Origin: Elusimicrobiota bacterium
GTDB taxonomy: Bacteria > Elusimicrobiota > Endomicrobiia > CG1-02-37-114 > JAHJSO01
NCBI GenBank assembly: GCA_043826435.1
Contig: JBDRQF010000009.1
Location: forward strand, 1-51,263
Direction: 5' to 3'
Length of the DNA: 51,263 nt
In this document: piece by piece, positions 18,276 through 27,481 of the stretch
Layout: every line of letters starts with the position of its first letter
Numbering within the stretch: position 1 is the first letter of the stretch
Notes under the pieces: model-generated
Told to the model about the DNA's origin: nothing
What the model saw: the letters and a program-made list of their open reading frames with translations, nothing else
The model's database searches: none
Translations under genes and position numbers: made by a program

Positions 18276-20366
18276 ATGAAACACGTTTTTTTTAAGTACC
18301 GGGTGCTTCTGTACGTTTTCGTTCTCGTCCTACTGTGCGCGGTTTACATAAAAAAGATTATAAACGAACTCCCGCCTGTTGAAGTCCTCAGGGAATACAG
18401 ACCCACCCTCTCCACAAAATTATACGACGTAAACGGTCAGCTGATAACGGAACTGTTCACCGAACGCAGGACGTGGCTCCCGCTGGGTGAAATCCCCGTT
18501 GACATCCAGAACGCCGTGCTCGTCATAGAAGACCACAGGTTTTTCCGTCACTGGGGCATAGTCGTCCCGCGCATATTAAAGGCAGCGATAGAAAACATCG
18601 TCAAACGGAGGTTCGCCGCTGGCGGTTCAACAATCAGCCAGCAACTTGCAAAACTTGCATTCCTTACCCAGGAAAAAACCATTGACAGGAAATTAAAGGA
18701 ACTCATCCTCGCCCTTCAACTTGAACATAATTTTTCAAAACAGGAAATACTTGAGATGTACCTCAACCAGGTATATTTCGGCCACGGGGCTTACGGGGTG
18801 TGGCAGGCCGCCAGGATATACTTCTCAAAAACGCCTGAAGAACTGACGCTGGCCGAATCGGCATTGCTTGCAGGGATGATAAGATACCCAAGTTATTATT
18901 CTCCGTTCAGCAACCCGGCAAGGACCATAAGACGCAGGAGTATCGTGCTCAACAGGATGCGCCGCCTCGGGTTTATTTCTCATAACGAAGAACTCAACAC
19001 GGTCGGAGAACCGGTCCCTTTTGAAAAGGCGTCGCTTCCAAGCCGCGTGGCGCCTTATTTCGTTGAACACATAAGGTTGCTGTTAGAACCTGAATATGGG
19101 GCCGAAGCCCTTTACCGCTCCGGCATGAACATATACACAACGCTTGATTTGCAAATGCAGACGACCGCCGAAATGGTAATCAACGATTTCCTGTCTGCAT
19201 TTGACAAAAAACAGCAGGCAGTTAAAAAATCAACGGGCATACCTCCCGTTCAGGTGGCTCTCCTGGCAGTGGAGCCGAAGACGGGACAGATAAGGGCAAT
19301 GGTAGGAGGCAGGGAGTTTGCAAAATCACAGTTTAACCGGGCGGTTCAGTCGCATAGGCAGCCGGGAAGTTCTTTCAAGCCGATCGTCTATACTACTGCC
19401 CTTGAAAAGGGCTATACGCCCACTACAATTATTGAGGACACGCAACTGGTATATGTAAACGACGGCAGGGACTGGCGGCTTTCTGCAAAATCAACCGATT
19501 ATCTGATGACGCTCCCGCCGGAGTGGCTCACCGACCCGATGAAGGTCTGGGTGCCGCAGAACTATAAGAAAAAATATCACGGGAACGTTCTCCTAAGGAG
19601 GGCGATGGAACTTTCTCTTAACATGTGTGCAGTCAGCACCATAGACGAAATAAGCCCTGCCACCGTAATATCCTATGCAAAAAAATTAGGCATTGAGAGC
19701 AATCTCACAAATACCCTTTCACTTGCTCTCGGCTCAAGCGACGTTTACCTGACGGAAATGGTCCGGGCATTCTCCGTATTTGCAAACAGGGGCATCAAGA
19801 CAAAACCATATCCCATTATAAAAATTGAAAATAAAGACGGAAAAAAACTTAAGGAGTTTTTCCCGGTTGAGGAGGACGTCCTGTCCGAACAGACAGCTTT
19901 CATAATGACATACCTGCTTAAAGGGGTTATCCAGCAAGGGACGGGAATGTATGCGAAATATTATTTGAAGAGGCCCGCGGCAGGCAAGACGGGGACGACG
20001 AACAATTTTAGCGACGCATGGTTTATAGGTTACACGCCGCAACTCGTATGCGGCGTATGGGTGGGTTATGACGACTTCACCACGCTGGGAGAGAAGAACA
20101 GCGGCGGGGCTATCGCCTGCCCTATATGGACGGACTTTATGAAACGGGCTCTCAAAAACGAGGAGGCGCTGGATTTCCCGGTGCCTGCGACAGGAATTAA
20201 TTTTGTTGAAATAGATGCAAACACCGGCTACCTTGCAACACCGTCGTCAAAGAAGGTGTACCTTGAGGCGTTCCTGTCAGGCACTGAGCCCACCGTCCAC
20301 CTGATAGAGCCCACTACTTCCCAGATCCTGCGGGAAATAAAGGAAGAGGAAGAAGGCGGGTTTTAA
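18276..20366 (+). CDS. mrcA: Penicillin-binding protein 1A (transglycosylase/transpeptidase)
   Basis: EDHRFFRHWG, GGSTISQQLAK, RKLKE, QPGSSFKP, SLN, GKTGTT. Confidence 0.93.
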   Translation: MKHVFFKYRVLLYVFVLVLLCAVYIKKIINELPPVEVLREYRPTLSTKLYDVNGQLITELFTERRTWLPLGEIPVDIQNAVLVIEDHRFFRHWGIVVPRILKAAIENIVKRRFAAGGSTISQQLAKLAFLTQEKTIDRKLKELILALQLEHNFSKQEILEMYLNQVYFGHGAYGVWQAARIYFSKTPEELTLAESALLAGMIRYPSYYSPFSNPARTIRRRSIVLNRMRRLGFISHNEELNTVGEPVPFEKASLPSRVAPYFVEHIRLLLEPEYGAEALYRSGMNIYTTLDLQMQTTAEMVINDFLSAFDKKQQAVKKSTGIPPVQVALLAVEPKTGQIRAMVGGREFAKSQFNRAVQSHRQPGSSFKPIVYTTALEKGYTPTTIIEDTQLVYVNDGRDWRLSAKSTDYLMTLPPEWLTDPMKVWVPQNYKKKYHGNVLLRRAMELSLNMCAVSTIDEISPATVISYAKKLGIESNLTNTLSLALGSSDVYLTEMVRAFSVFANRGIKTKPYPIIKIENKDGKKLKEFFPVEEDVLSEQTAFIMTYLLKGVIQQGTGMYAKYYLKRPAAGKTGTTNNFSDAWFIGYTPQLVCGVWVGYDDFTTLGEKNSGGAIACPIWTDFMKRALKNEEALDFPVPATGINFVEIDANTGYLATPSSKKVYLEAFLSGTEPTVHLIEPTTSQILREIKEEEEGGF

Positions 20367-20368
20367 TT

Positions 20369-21076
20369 ATGGTCGCTGATATATGGCAGGGGTTTAAAAA
20401 CTTCTTACTGAATGAATTCGGGATACCGGTAAACGACGGGCAGGTTGAACTCTTCAAAAGGTTCCTGGACGAACTCCTCGTCTGGGGCAAAAAATTCAAT
20501 ATCACGAAAATACTTGAACCCGTAGAGATTATTTACCTGCATTTTGCCGATTCGTTGGCAGGAGCGGCGGCTTTACGAAAAATGGCCGACGGCAGTTTTT
20601 CAGGCAGCGGTTTTTCAGCGGTTGACGTCGGAACAGGCGCCGGCTTCCCCGGCTTACCGTTAAAAATTTTATTCCCGCAGATGGAACTCCTGCTTGTTGA
20701 ATCCGTTAAAAAAAAGGCGGTATTCCTTGAACATATCATAGGGGCACTGGGAGTTGAAAATACTACAGTTGCATGCAACAGGGCGGAGGACATTGTCCGG
20801 GATGCCGTGCAAAGGGGAAAATACGATTTTTCGTTCGCCCGTGCATTAAAAAAATTTGACGAGTCAGCCCGTTTGTGCCTGCCGTTCCTGAAAAATGGCG
20901 GGACGGCTTTGTTCTGGCAGACGGAAAAGTCCTTCGGCGCCCGGGGGCATGATTCCCGGCGGGGATACCGTTTGAAGGGGGATCATTCCCATGAGGCGCA
21001 TGAGGCACAGGTTATCACCAGGTATAAATTGCCTATGGCCGACATCCCCCGTTTGATAGCAGGAATCGCTCAATGA
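20369..21076 (+). CDS. rsmG: 16S rRNA m7G527 methyltransferase
   Basis: HFADSL, DVGTGAGFPGLPL, ESVKKKAVFL, RAE. Confidence 0.93.
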   Translation: MVADIWQGFKNFLLNEFGIPVNDGQVELFKRFLDELLVWGKKFNITKILEPVEIIYLHFADSLAGAAALRKMADGSFSGSGFSAVDVGTGAGFPGLPLKILFPQMELLLVESVKKKAVFLEHIIGALGVENTTVACNRAEDIVRDAVQRGKYDFSFARALKKFDESARLCLPFLKNGGTALFWQTEKSFGARGHDSRRGYRLKGDHSHEAHEAQVITRYKLPMADIPRLIAGIAQ

Positions 21077-21756
21077 TACCGTTAAAAGACAACATCCCGT
21101 CGGAAAAAATACCGTTTGTAAATTTTTTTCTGATAGGGCTGAACACAGTTGTGTTTTTGTTTGAACTCATGCTCGGGCGGCAGGGACTGCTTGAACAACT
21201 TATAATAAACTACGGGCTGATTCCGTACCACTTTTTTGTTTCGTTCCCGGAAAGATGGTTCACGCTGCTCACTTCAATGTTCCTGCACGGCGGGTGGCTC
21301 CACTTCATCGGCAATATGCTGTATTTATACATATTCGGCGACAACATAGAAGACCGGCTGGGGCATTTGAAATACTTTGTCTTTTATATAACCTGCGGGC
21401 TGCTGGCTGCCTCGGCGCAGTTGGCGTTCTCCGCCGGGAGCGGCCTGCCGATGATAGGCGCCTCAGGAGCCATCGGCGGCGTAATGGGGGCGTATTTTTT
21501 ACTGTTCCCGACGGCGAGGATACTCACGCTTATCCCGTTCGGGATTTTCAGTCGTATCGTGGCTATCCCTTCATTTTTTTATCTGGGGTTCTGGTTTGTC
21601 ATTCAGTTCTGGAGCGGGGCGATAACCCTGGCGAGTTCCGCTTCAATGCGAGGAGGGGTTGCATTCTGGGCGCACATCGGAGGTTTTCTGGGTGGCGTCC
21701 TCTGGATACTTGTTTTTTACAAGCGGAGGGGCAGGCCCAGGAACAGATGGTGGTGA
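21073..21756 (+). CDS. Rhomboid family intramembrane serine protease
   Basis: SMFLHGGWLHFIGNM, GASG, AHIGG. Confidence 0.95.
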   Translation: MIPLKDNIPSEKIPFVNFFLIGLNTVVFLFELMLGRQGLLEQLIINYGLIPYHFFVSFPERWFTLLTSMFLHGGWLHFIGNMLYLYIFGDNIEDRLGHLKYFVFYITCGLLAASAQLAFSAGSGLPMIGASGAIGGVMGAYFLLFPTARILTLIPFGIFSRIVAIPSFFYLGFWFVIQFWSGAITLASSASMRGGVAFWAHIGGFLGGVLWILVFYKRRGRPRNRWW

Positions 21757-21757
21757 C

Positions 21758-22111
21758 ATGAAAAAAATCAAAAAATATAAAAGCGGCAGAAGGATTTACA
21801 CCCAGTGGGATAAGATAACCGAACAGGTCCGGGTCATATCAAAAAAGAGTAAGCAGGAAAGCGGGGCAGGGGGCAAACCGGGGAGCGGGGCATCCGCCAA
21901 CGCAACGCCCGGCCGCACGACAACTGTCCGCGCCGCCGATATTCCGGAAAGGTTCGCCAACTTTTTCGCGATCCACCACACACAGGAAGAATTTATACTG
22001 GATTTTTTCATGAGGGACGAATCCGCTAATAAGGCGAGGCACTGTTTTAGGGTTATTATGTCGCCTAAGACGGCAAAAGGGTTTCTTGAGGCGCTGAAAA
22101 AATGCCAGTAA
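21758..22111 (+). CDS. DUF3467-like protein
   Basis: FANFFAIHHTQEEFILDF...RVIMSPKTAKGFLEAL; ATG at 21758. Confidence 0.7.
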   Translation: MKKIKKYKSGRRIYTQWDKITEQVRVISKKSKQESGAGGKPGSGASANATPGRTTTVRAADIPERFANFFAIHHTQEEFILDFFMRDESANKARHCFRVIMSPKTAKGFLEALKKCQ

Positions 22112-22701
22112 CGATTATCGGAGGAAAACTTAAAGGCAGGAAATTATCGCCCGTGGGCAGCGGCAAAGACACGATAACAAGGCCCATACTCGCCCGCGTA
22201 AAAAAATCATTGTTTGACATCATCCGCCAGAAAATTCCCGGTGCCTGTTTTTTGGACCTTTATGCGGGGACGGGTTCGGTGGGTATAGAGGCGCTGTCAA
22301 GGGGGGCGGCGTATTGCGTCTTTATTGATTCGGACAGGGGTGTAATTGATTTACTGAATAAAAATTTAACCCTGCTGGGTTTGCAAATTGACGCTGTCGC
22401 ATACCAGAGGGATTTGTCGGCCGGGCTGGGCTGGCTTAAAAATTTGCGTGCGGATGTTTTTTTTGATATAATATTCATCGGCGCGCCTTACAGGAATTTT
22501 GTAACGAACAAGATGCTCGGAAACGTGACAGCCGCCGGCATTACGAACGAAACGACCCTCATAATAGCCCAGCACCACAAGAATGAAAAAATAGACGCGG
22601 GGCAGGGTTACGGCGTTTTCCGCGAAGAAAGATACGGCGACACCGTCCTGAGTTTTATCAGAAAGGCCTGCAGCGGGGCCGGGAACGGAGACGAAATTTG
22701 A
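22102..22701 (+). CDS. rsmD: 16S rRNA m2G966 methyltransferase
   Basis: IIGGKLKGRKL, TRP, LDLYAGTGSVGIEALSRGA, YGDT. Confidence 0.93.
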   Translation: MPVTIIGGKLKGRKLSPVGSGKDTITRPILARVKKSLFDIIRQKIPGACFLDLYAGTGSVGIEALSRGAAYCVFIDSDRGVIDLLNKNLTLLGLQIDAVAYQRDLSAGLGWLKNLRADVFFDIIFIGAPYRNFVTNKMLGNVTAAGITNETTLIIAQHHKNEKIDAGQGYGVFREERYGDTVLSFIRKACSGAGNGDEI

Positions 22702-24068
22702 CATCAAAAGACACCAAAAATTTAATCCGGACAGAAAAAAAATACATACTGCCGACATACAAACGGCAGGGTATCGTTTTTGTCCGTGGGAAAGGTAAAT
22801 ACCTCTGGGATAACAGGGGTAAAAAATATCTTGACTTCTTCTCCGGGTTGAGTGTATGCAACCTCGGGCATTGCCCTGACGCACCCGTTGCAGCCGCAGC
22901 GGAGCAATTAAAAAAACTGATGCATGTTTCAAATATCTATTATACCCTGCCGCAGATTGAACTTGCGGAAATGCTAATCCGGAAAAGTTATGGCAGGGGC
23001 AGGGTTTTTTTATCAAACTCAGGGGCTGAAGCGAACGAGTGTGCAATAAAACTTGCAAGAAAATGGGGGAATAAATCCGCCGGCGGACAACAAGCGATAA
23101 AACGGGGAGACGCCGCCGGCCGGGGCGTCCGCACAAAAAGTGGGTCGCGCTACGAAATAATTACGTTTGAGGGTTCGTTCCACGGCAGGACTCTTGCAAC
23201 GCTCACCGCCACGGGACAGAAGAAATTCCACAGGGGGTTTGAACCGATGCCCTCTGGTTTTAAGTATGCAAGGTTCAACGATATTGAATCAGTGAAAAGA
23301 CAGATAAACAATAAGACGGTCGCTGTGTTTATAGAACCGATCCAGGGGGAAGGCGGTGTCTATCCGGCGGAAAAAAAATTCCTGTCCGAACTGCGGGCGT
23401 TGTGCGACGTTCGGGGATTACTGCTTATCTTTGACGAAATCCAGTGCGGCATGGGCAGGACGGGGAAGCTATTCGCCTACCAGCACTACGGCGTTGAACC
23501 GGACGTTTTTACGCTGGCAAAGAGCATAGCGAACGGTCTGCCGCTCGGCGTTACGGTTGTCAAAGAAAAATATGCAGATGTTCTTGCCCCGGGTGACCAC
23601 GGGTCAACCTTCGGCGGGAACCTCGTAAGTTGCGCCGCCGCAATAGAAACCATCAAACTGATAAGTGATGACGCCCTGTTAAGAAATGTTTCCGAGACAG
23701 GAAAATATTTTGCCGGGACGTTGATTAAACTAAAAAACAAATTTCCTGAAATTATAAAAGAGGTGCGGGGTGCGGGGTTCATGCTCGGGATGGAGTTGCT
23801 TGATGGGCCAACGGACAGCGGCTCACTGGACGAAGAGATTGCTTCGGCTGCGCCTCGCAATGACACGTCCCCGGGCATCAGCCAGCAACCCGGCAACAAG
23901 ATTGTTAATGAGTGCGCCCTTGCCGGGTTAATAATCAACTGCACGCAGGGAAATGTCCTGAGATTTCTGCCTCCCCTCATAACCGACAGAACAGATGTTG
24001 ACAGGGCGATAAAAATTTTGGAAAACATATTGACAAAATACAATAATTATTGTATAATAAAATTATGA
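22698..24068 (+). CDS. argD: Acetylornithine aminotransferase (class III PLP)
   Basis: NSGAEANE, FHGRT, EPIQGEGG, FDEIQCGMGRTG, LAKS, HGSTFGGN, LRFLPPL. Confidence 0.93.
   Translation: MTSKDTKNLIRTEKKYILPTYKRQGIVFVRGKGKYLWDNRGKKYLDFFSGLSVCNLGHCPDAPVAAAAEQLKKLMHVSNIYYTLPQIELAEMLIRKSYGRGRVFLSNSGAEANECAIKLARKWGNKSAGGQQAIKRGDAAGRGVRTKSGSRYEIITFEGSFHGRTLATLTATGQKKFHRGFEPMPSGFKYARFNDIESVKRQINNKTVAVFIEPIQGEGGVYPAEKKFLSELRALCDVRGLLLIFDEIQCGMGRTGKLFAYQHYGVEPDVFTLAKSIANGLPLGVTVVKEKYADVLAPGDHGSTFGGNLVSCAAAIETIKLISDDALLRNVSETGKYFAGTLIKLKNKFPEIIKEVRGAGFMLGMELLDGPTDSGSLDEEIASAAPRNDTSPGISQQPGNKIVNECALAGLIINCTQGNVLRFLPPLITDRTDVDRAIKILENILTKYNNYCIIKL
23835..23866. repeat. Palindromic element inserted in frame in argD
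   Basis: GAGATTGCTTCGGCTGCGCCTCGCAATGACAC encodes EIASAAPRNDT; same sequence as the element at ~10281-10312. Confidence 0.9.
24030..24058 (+). promoter_or_regulatory. Consensus sigma70 promoter with perfect 18-bp palindromic operator (Fur/Zur-type candidate)
   Basis: TTGACA-17-TATAAT; ATACAATAATTATTGTAT at 24038-24055. Confidence 0.75.
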
Positions 24069-24370
24069 GAGCCCTGATAGTCGTAATCTATTTTTTGATT
24101 GTGGCGTTTTCGTTTTCCTCGCACAACCACCCTATCTTACCATCACTCATTCCAAAAGATACTGTCTATCTGAATGAACATCATGTTCATTCACCATGCC
24201 CAATCTGTACTCTCCAACAAAAATTAAAATTGATGCACTATCAAAACCCCGTAGCAGTACCTACCCTGCCAGACCATATATGTGTCTCACTTGCAGGTGT
24301 TTCTATATCATCATATAGGACGGATGTTTTTCCCCCGCAGCGTGCCCCTCCTATCTTTCTGCCTGTATAA
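24065..24370 (+). CDS. DUF2946-like leader peptide (His-rich, CxxC, C-terminal RAPP)
   Basis: Hydrophobic N-terminus, HNH, HHVHSPCPIC, ...QRAPPIFLPV; ATG 6 nt after the -10. Confidence 0.8.
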   Translation: MRALIVVIYFLIVAFSFSSHNHPILPSLIPKDTVYLNEHHVHSPCPICTLQQKLKLMHYQNPVAVPTLPDHICVSLAGVSISSYRTDVFPPQRAPPIFLPV

Positions 24371-24496
24371 TCCAATAGTTTTTTAAAGACCTTACTTTAT
24401 ATCTTATTGATGTTCACCAAAATAATGGATACAATCTTTCCGTCATCAGAAATGTATTCACTGTATATGCAAAGGTCACTATTAAAGGAGAATATT

Positions 24497-25603
24497 ATGA
24501 ACCAGATACTATATTTGTACACTATTTATAAAAGAAACAGATGGATAATACCACTCATATTACTTGTAATGTCTGTTCAAATAACCAACTCACAAACAAC
24601 AACCAGGACAATACAGGGCAGCACCCCGCTTGGCTCCTTTGGGGGAATTATGAATCCTGATTTAAGTTTTATAGTAGATATTCGGGGTTTATTCAGGGAA
24701 AAAGACGACAATGCGAAAAATAAACTTCTGTTAAGTGCAGTTGAATTCGCTCTCGGCGGTTATTTACATCCGGGAATAAGAGGAGATGTTATTCTGGCGC
24801 TTGACCAGGATTATTCTACCGGCGGCCCGGCCACGGAAATTGAATTGGAAGAGGCGTTTATTTCGTTTCTGGATATGCCACTCGGACTTCAGATAATTGC
24901 GGGACGAAAACTTGTTGACTTCGGTAATATCAACCGGTTCCATCTTCACCATTACCCGTTTTCAGATTCCCCGCTTGTTTTGGAACACTTTTTCGGCCAC
25001 CATTCGTGGGGAGACGACGGCGTAAACTTGAGTTTTTTGGTTCCAAACCCTTTTGATATTTACTTTAAAACAAGTTTCAGTATGCTGAATGGAAAACCTC
25101 TTTGCCCGCATGCTTTGGTGTTGTGGGACGGGAACAGGAGGGTCTACAATTCCCGTGTTTCGGTTGACCTGCCCTGGATAAAATCTATTGCGGGATACAG
25201 CCGCGCCTGGGATGAGGGGGATGGTAATACAATTGAAAACATTGAATTCACGTACAAATACCAATGGCCTGGTTTTGTTTACAGGCGACTAAAACTACAG
25301 AATGAGTATATCTGGACAAAAACTACAAATCAAAAAATAACCTCGGGTTTTTATTCCCTGGTTGTTTTCTCATTCAACCAATATTATGAAATAGGAAGCC
25401 GCTATGACGGGTTATTCTCAGATGAAAACAAAATAGAAGACTGGGCGGGCAGTTTTTTTGCAACCAGATATCTTTCACACTCTGTTTATATGAGAGGACA
25501 TTACAAGTTTGTAGGAAATGAACAAAGCGGGGAAAAAGAGAATATGTTTTTCTTACAGATTAGCTGGGGTCTGGGTCCCCACGCACACAGATTAGAGGAC
25601 TGA
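24497..25603 (+). CDS. Putative outer-membrane beta-barrel associated with metal uptake
   Basis: NPDLSFIVD, ELEEAF, FGNINRFHLHHYPF, C-terminal LGPHAH; AAGGAG RBS. Confidence 0.7.
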   Translation: MNQILYLYTIYKRNRWIIPLILLVMSVQITNSQTTTRTIQGSTPLGSFGGIMNPDLSFIVDIRGLFREKDDNAKNKLLLSAVEFALGGYLHPGIRGDVILALDQDYSTGGPATEIELEEAFISFLDMPLGLQIIAGRKLVDFGNINRFHLHHYPFSDSPLVLEHFFGHHSWGDDGVNLSFLVPNPFDIYFKTSFSMLNGKPLCPHALVLWDGNRRVYNSRVSVDLPWIKSIAGYSRAWDEGDGNTIENIEFTYKYQWPGFVYRRLKLQNEYIWTKTTNQKITSGFYSLVVFSFNQYYEIGSRYDGLFSDENKIEDWAGSFFATRYLSHSVYMRGHYKFVGNEQSGEKENMFFLQISWGLGPHAHRLED

Positions 25604-25648
25604 TATGATTCCAGTTAAAGGGCCACAGTGCCAAGGAGGAAAATTAAA

Positions 25649-26572
25649 ATGAAAAGGATATTGAATTTAATTACAGGTGCATTTTTGTGCCTTGCAGTGT
25701 TTTCTGTTTGTAGTTTGGCGGATAATAAAATAAATGTTGTTACAACCACGCTGGATGCGGCTGATTTTGTTAAACAAATTGGTGGTGAAAAGGTTAGTGT
25801 CTATTCTATTCACAATGGTCAATATGATTTCCATTTTTTTGAGCCGAGACCGTCGGAAGTCATCAAACTGAAAAAAGCGGATGTACTGGTTGTCTACGGA
25901 CTAACCTTTGATGCATGGCTTGCTTCTCTGGTTGATGCCGCCAGAAATCCAAATATTTTCTTCGGGGCAACGGGCTACATAGATATGGCGGATGGATGTC
26001 ACGCAATGGCCGTTCCCGTTGGCAGCAGGGTTGACAAAAGAATGGGAGATGTGCATCCCTTTGGCGCCTGTGGATATTTATATACTTTAGAAAACGCTAA
26101 AAATGCTGTAGAAAACATATACAGAGGTCTTGTGCGGGTTGATTCTGAAAATGCGGAATATTATGAAAAAAATAAAAACGAATACCTGTTAAAACTTGAA
26201 GAAACTTTTAATAAACTCAAACAAAAAACATCTGAATTCCACGGCACAAACTTTATCATTTTCCATGAATCCTGGCTATATTTTGCTGACACATTCGGGT
26301 TCAACATAGTCGGAGCACTGGAACCAAAACCGGGAATTCCTCCGTCTCCAGCACATCTTTCAAAACTGATAGACACAATAAAAAAAGAAAATGTCCGATT
26401 CATACTGGCTGAACCCTACTATCCAAGGAAACCAATAAAGTTTGTAAGTGAACGGACGGGAATAAAAGAAATAACTGTTGCAATCTACTGTGGGGGAATA
26501 AAAAATAAAACAACTTTTATAGAAAATATTGAATACACCGTGGATACAATAATTGAAACGCTGAAAAAGTGA
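25649..26572 (+). CDS. Zn/Mn-type ABC transporter substrate-binding protein (ZnuA/TroA family)
   Basis: VVTT, DFHFFEPRPSE, GDVHP, FHESWLYF, EPKPGIPPSPAHL. Confidence 0.9.
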   Translation: MKRILNLITGAFLCLAVFSVCSLADNKINVVTTTLDAADFVKQIGGEKVSVYSIHNGQYDFHFFEPRPSEVIKLKKADVLVVYGLTFDAWLASLVDAARNPNIFFGATGYIDMADGCHAMAVPVGSRVDKRMGDVHPFGACGYLYTLENAKNAVENIYRGLVRVDSENAEYYEKNKNEYLLKLEETFNKLKQKTSEFHGTNFIIFHESWLYFADTFGFNIVGALEPKPGIPPSPAHLSKLIDTIKKENVRFILAEPYYPRKPIKFVSERTGIKEITVAIYCGGIKNKTTFIENIEYTVDTIIETLKK

Positions 26573-26728
26573 ACCCCTTTCATGTCCTAAAGGATGGGGC
26601 ATTAATAATAAGGACGGGGCATTAATAATACTGTTTGTTGCACCCCGTTTATTCCTGTCCTGAAGGGTATAAAACACTATTTATGGGGTAGGGATAAAAA
26701 CGGGGTTCATTGAGAGGTAAAATGGTCT

Positions 26729-27481
26729 ATGATGACCTTCAAAGATGTCTATCTTGGTTATGGCAGGAATGTTGTCCTGGAAAAACTGAATTTCACTATT
26801 CAGAAAAATGATTTTGTCGGTATAATCGGACAGAACGGCTCGGGAAAAACAACAGTGTTGAAGGCAATAAATAATTCATTGAAACCACAAAGGGGTGAAA
26901 TCTTCCGTGAACCGGACATAAAGATTGGATATGTAATACAGAGACAATATCTGGATACCATCTTTCCATTCACTGTTAAAGAGATTGTTATGATGGGCAG
27001 GTATGGGAAGATAGGTCCTTTAAAATTTCCAGAACCCGGGGACGAAAACAAAGTTGAAGAAGTGCTAACAGTGACAGGTATTTACGACCTAAAAAATAAA
27101 CTCTATCGTGAACTCTCCGGGGGACAGAGACAGAGAGTGCTCGTTGCAAGGGCACTTGCTTCAGAACCGAATCTTCTGTTGCTGGACGAACCGACCAATG
27201 ATCTGGATATAAAAGGCACAGAACAAATATTGAAACTGGTGCAAAAAATTCACTCCGAACTTGGCATTACAGTAATCGTGGTGAGTCACCTTTTGCTTAC
27301 AATTCTCAACTATGCGCACAAAATAATCTTTCTGAAAGATAAAAAAGCAGCGATGTATTCACTTGAAGAAATTTTTTCAGAAGAAATGCTAACCCAAATT
27401 TATGAATATCCTGTAAAAATAGGCACAATACATAACAAGAAATATATTGTCCCAGAGGATATAAATGGAAATACTCAATGA
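26729..27481 (+). CDS. Metal ABC transporter ATPase (ZnuC-like)
   Basis: GQNGSGKT, LSGGQRQR, LLLLDEP, VSH. Confidence 0.92.
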   Translation: MMTFKDVYLGYGRNVVLEKLNFTIQKNDFVGIIGQNGSGKTTVLKAINNSLKPQRGEIFREPDIKIGYVIQRQYLDTIFPFTVKEIVMMGRYGKIGPLKFPEPGDENKVEEVLTVTGIYDLKNKLYRELSGGQRQRVLVARALASEPNLLLLDEPTNDLDIKGTEQILKLVQKIHSELGITVIVVSHLLLTILNYAHKIIFLKDKKAAMYSLEEIFSEEMLTQIYEYPVKIGTIHNKKYIVPEDINGNTQ

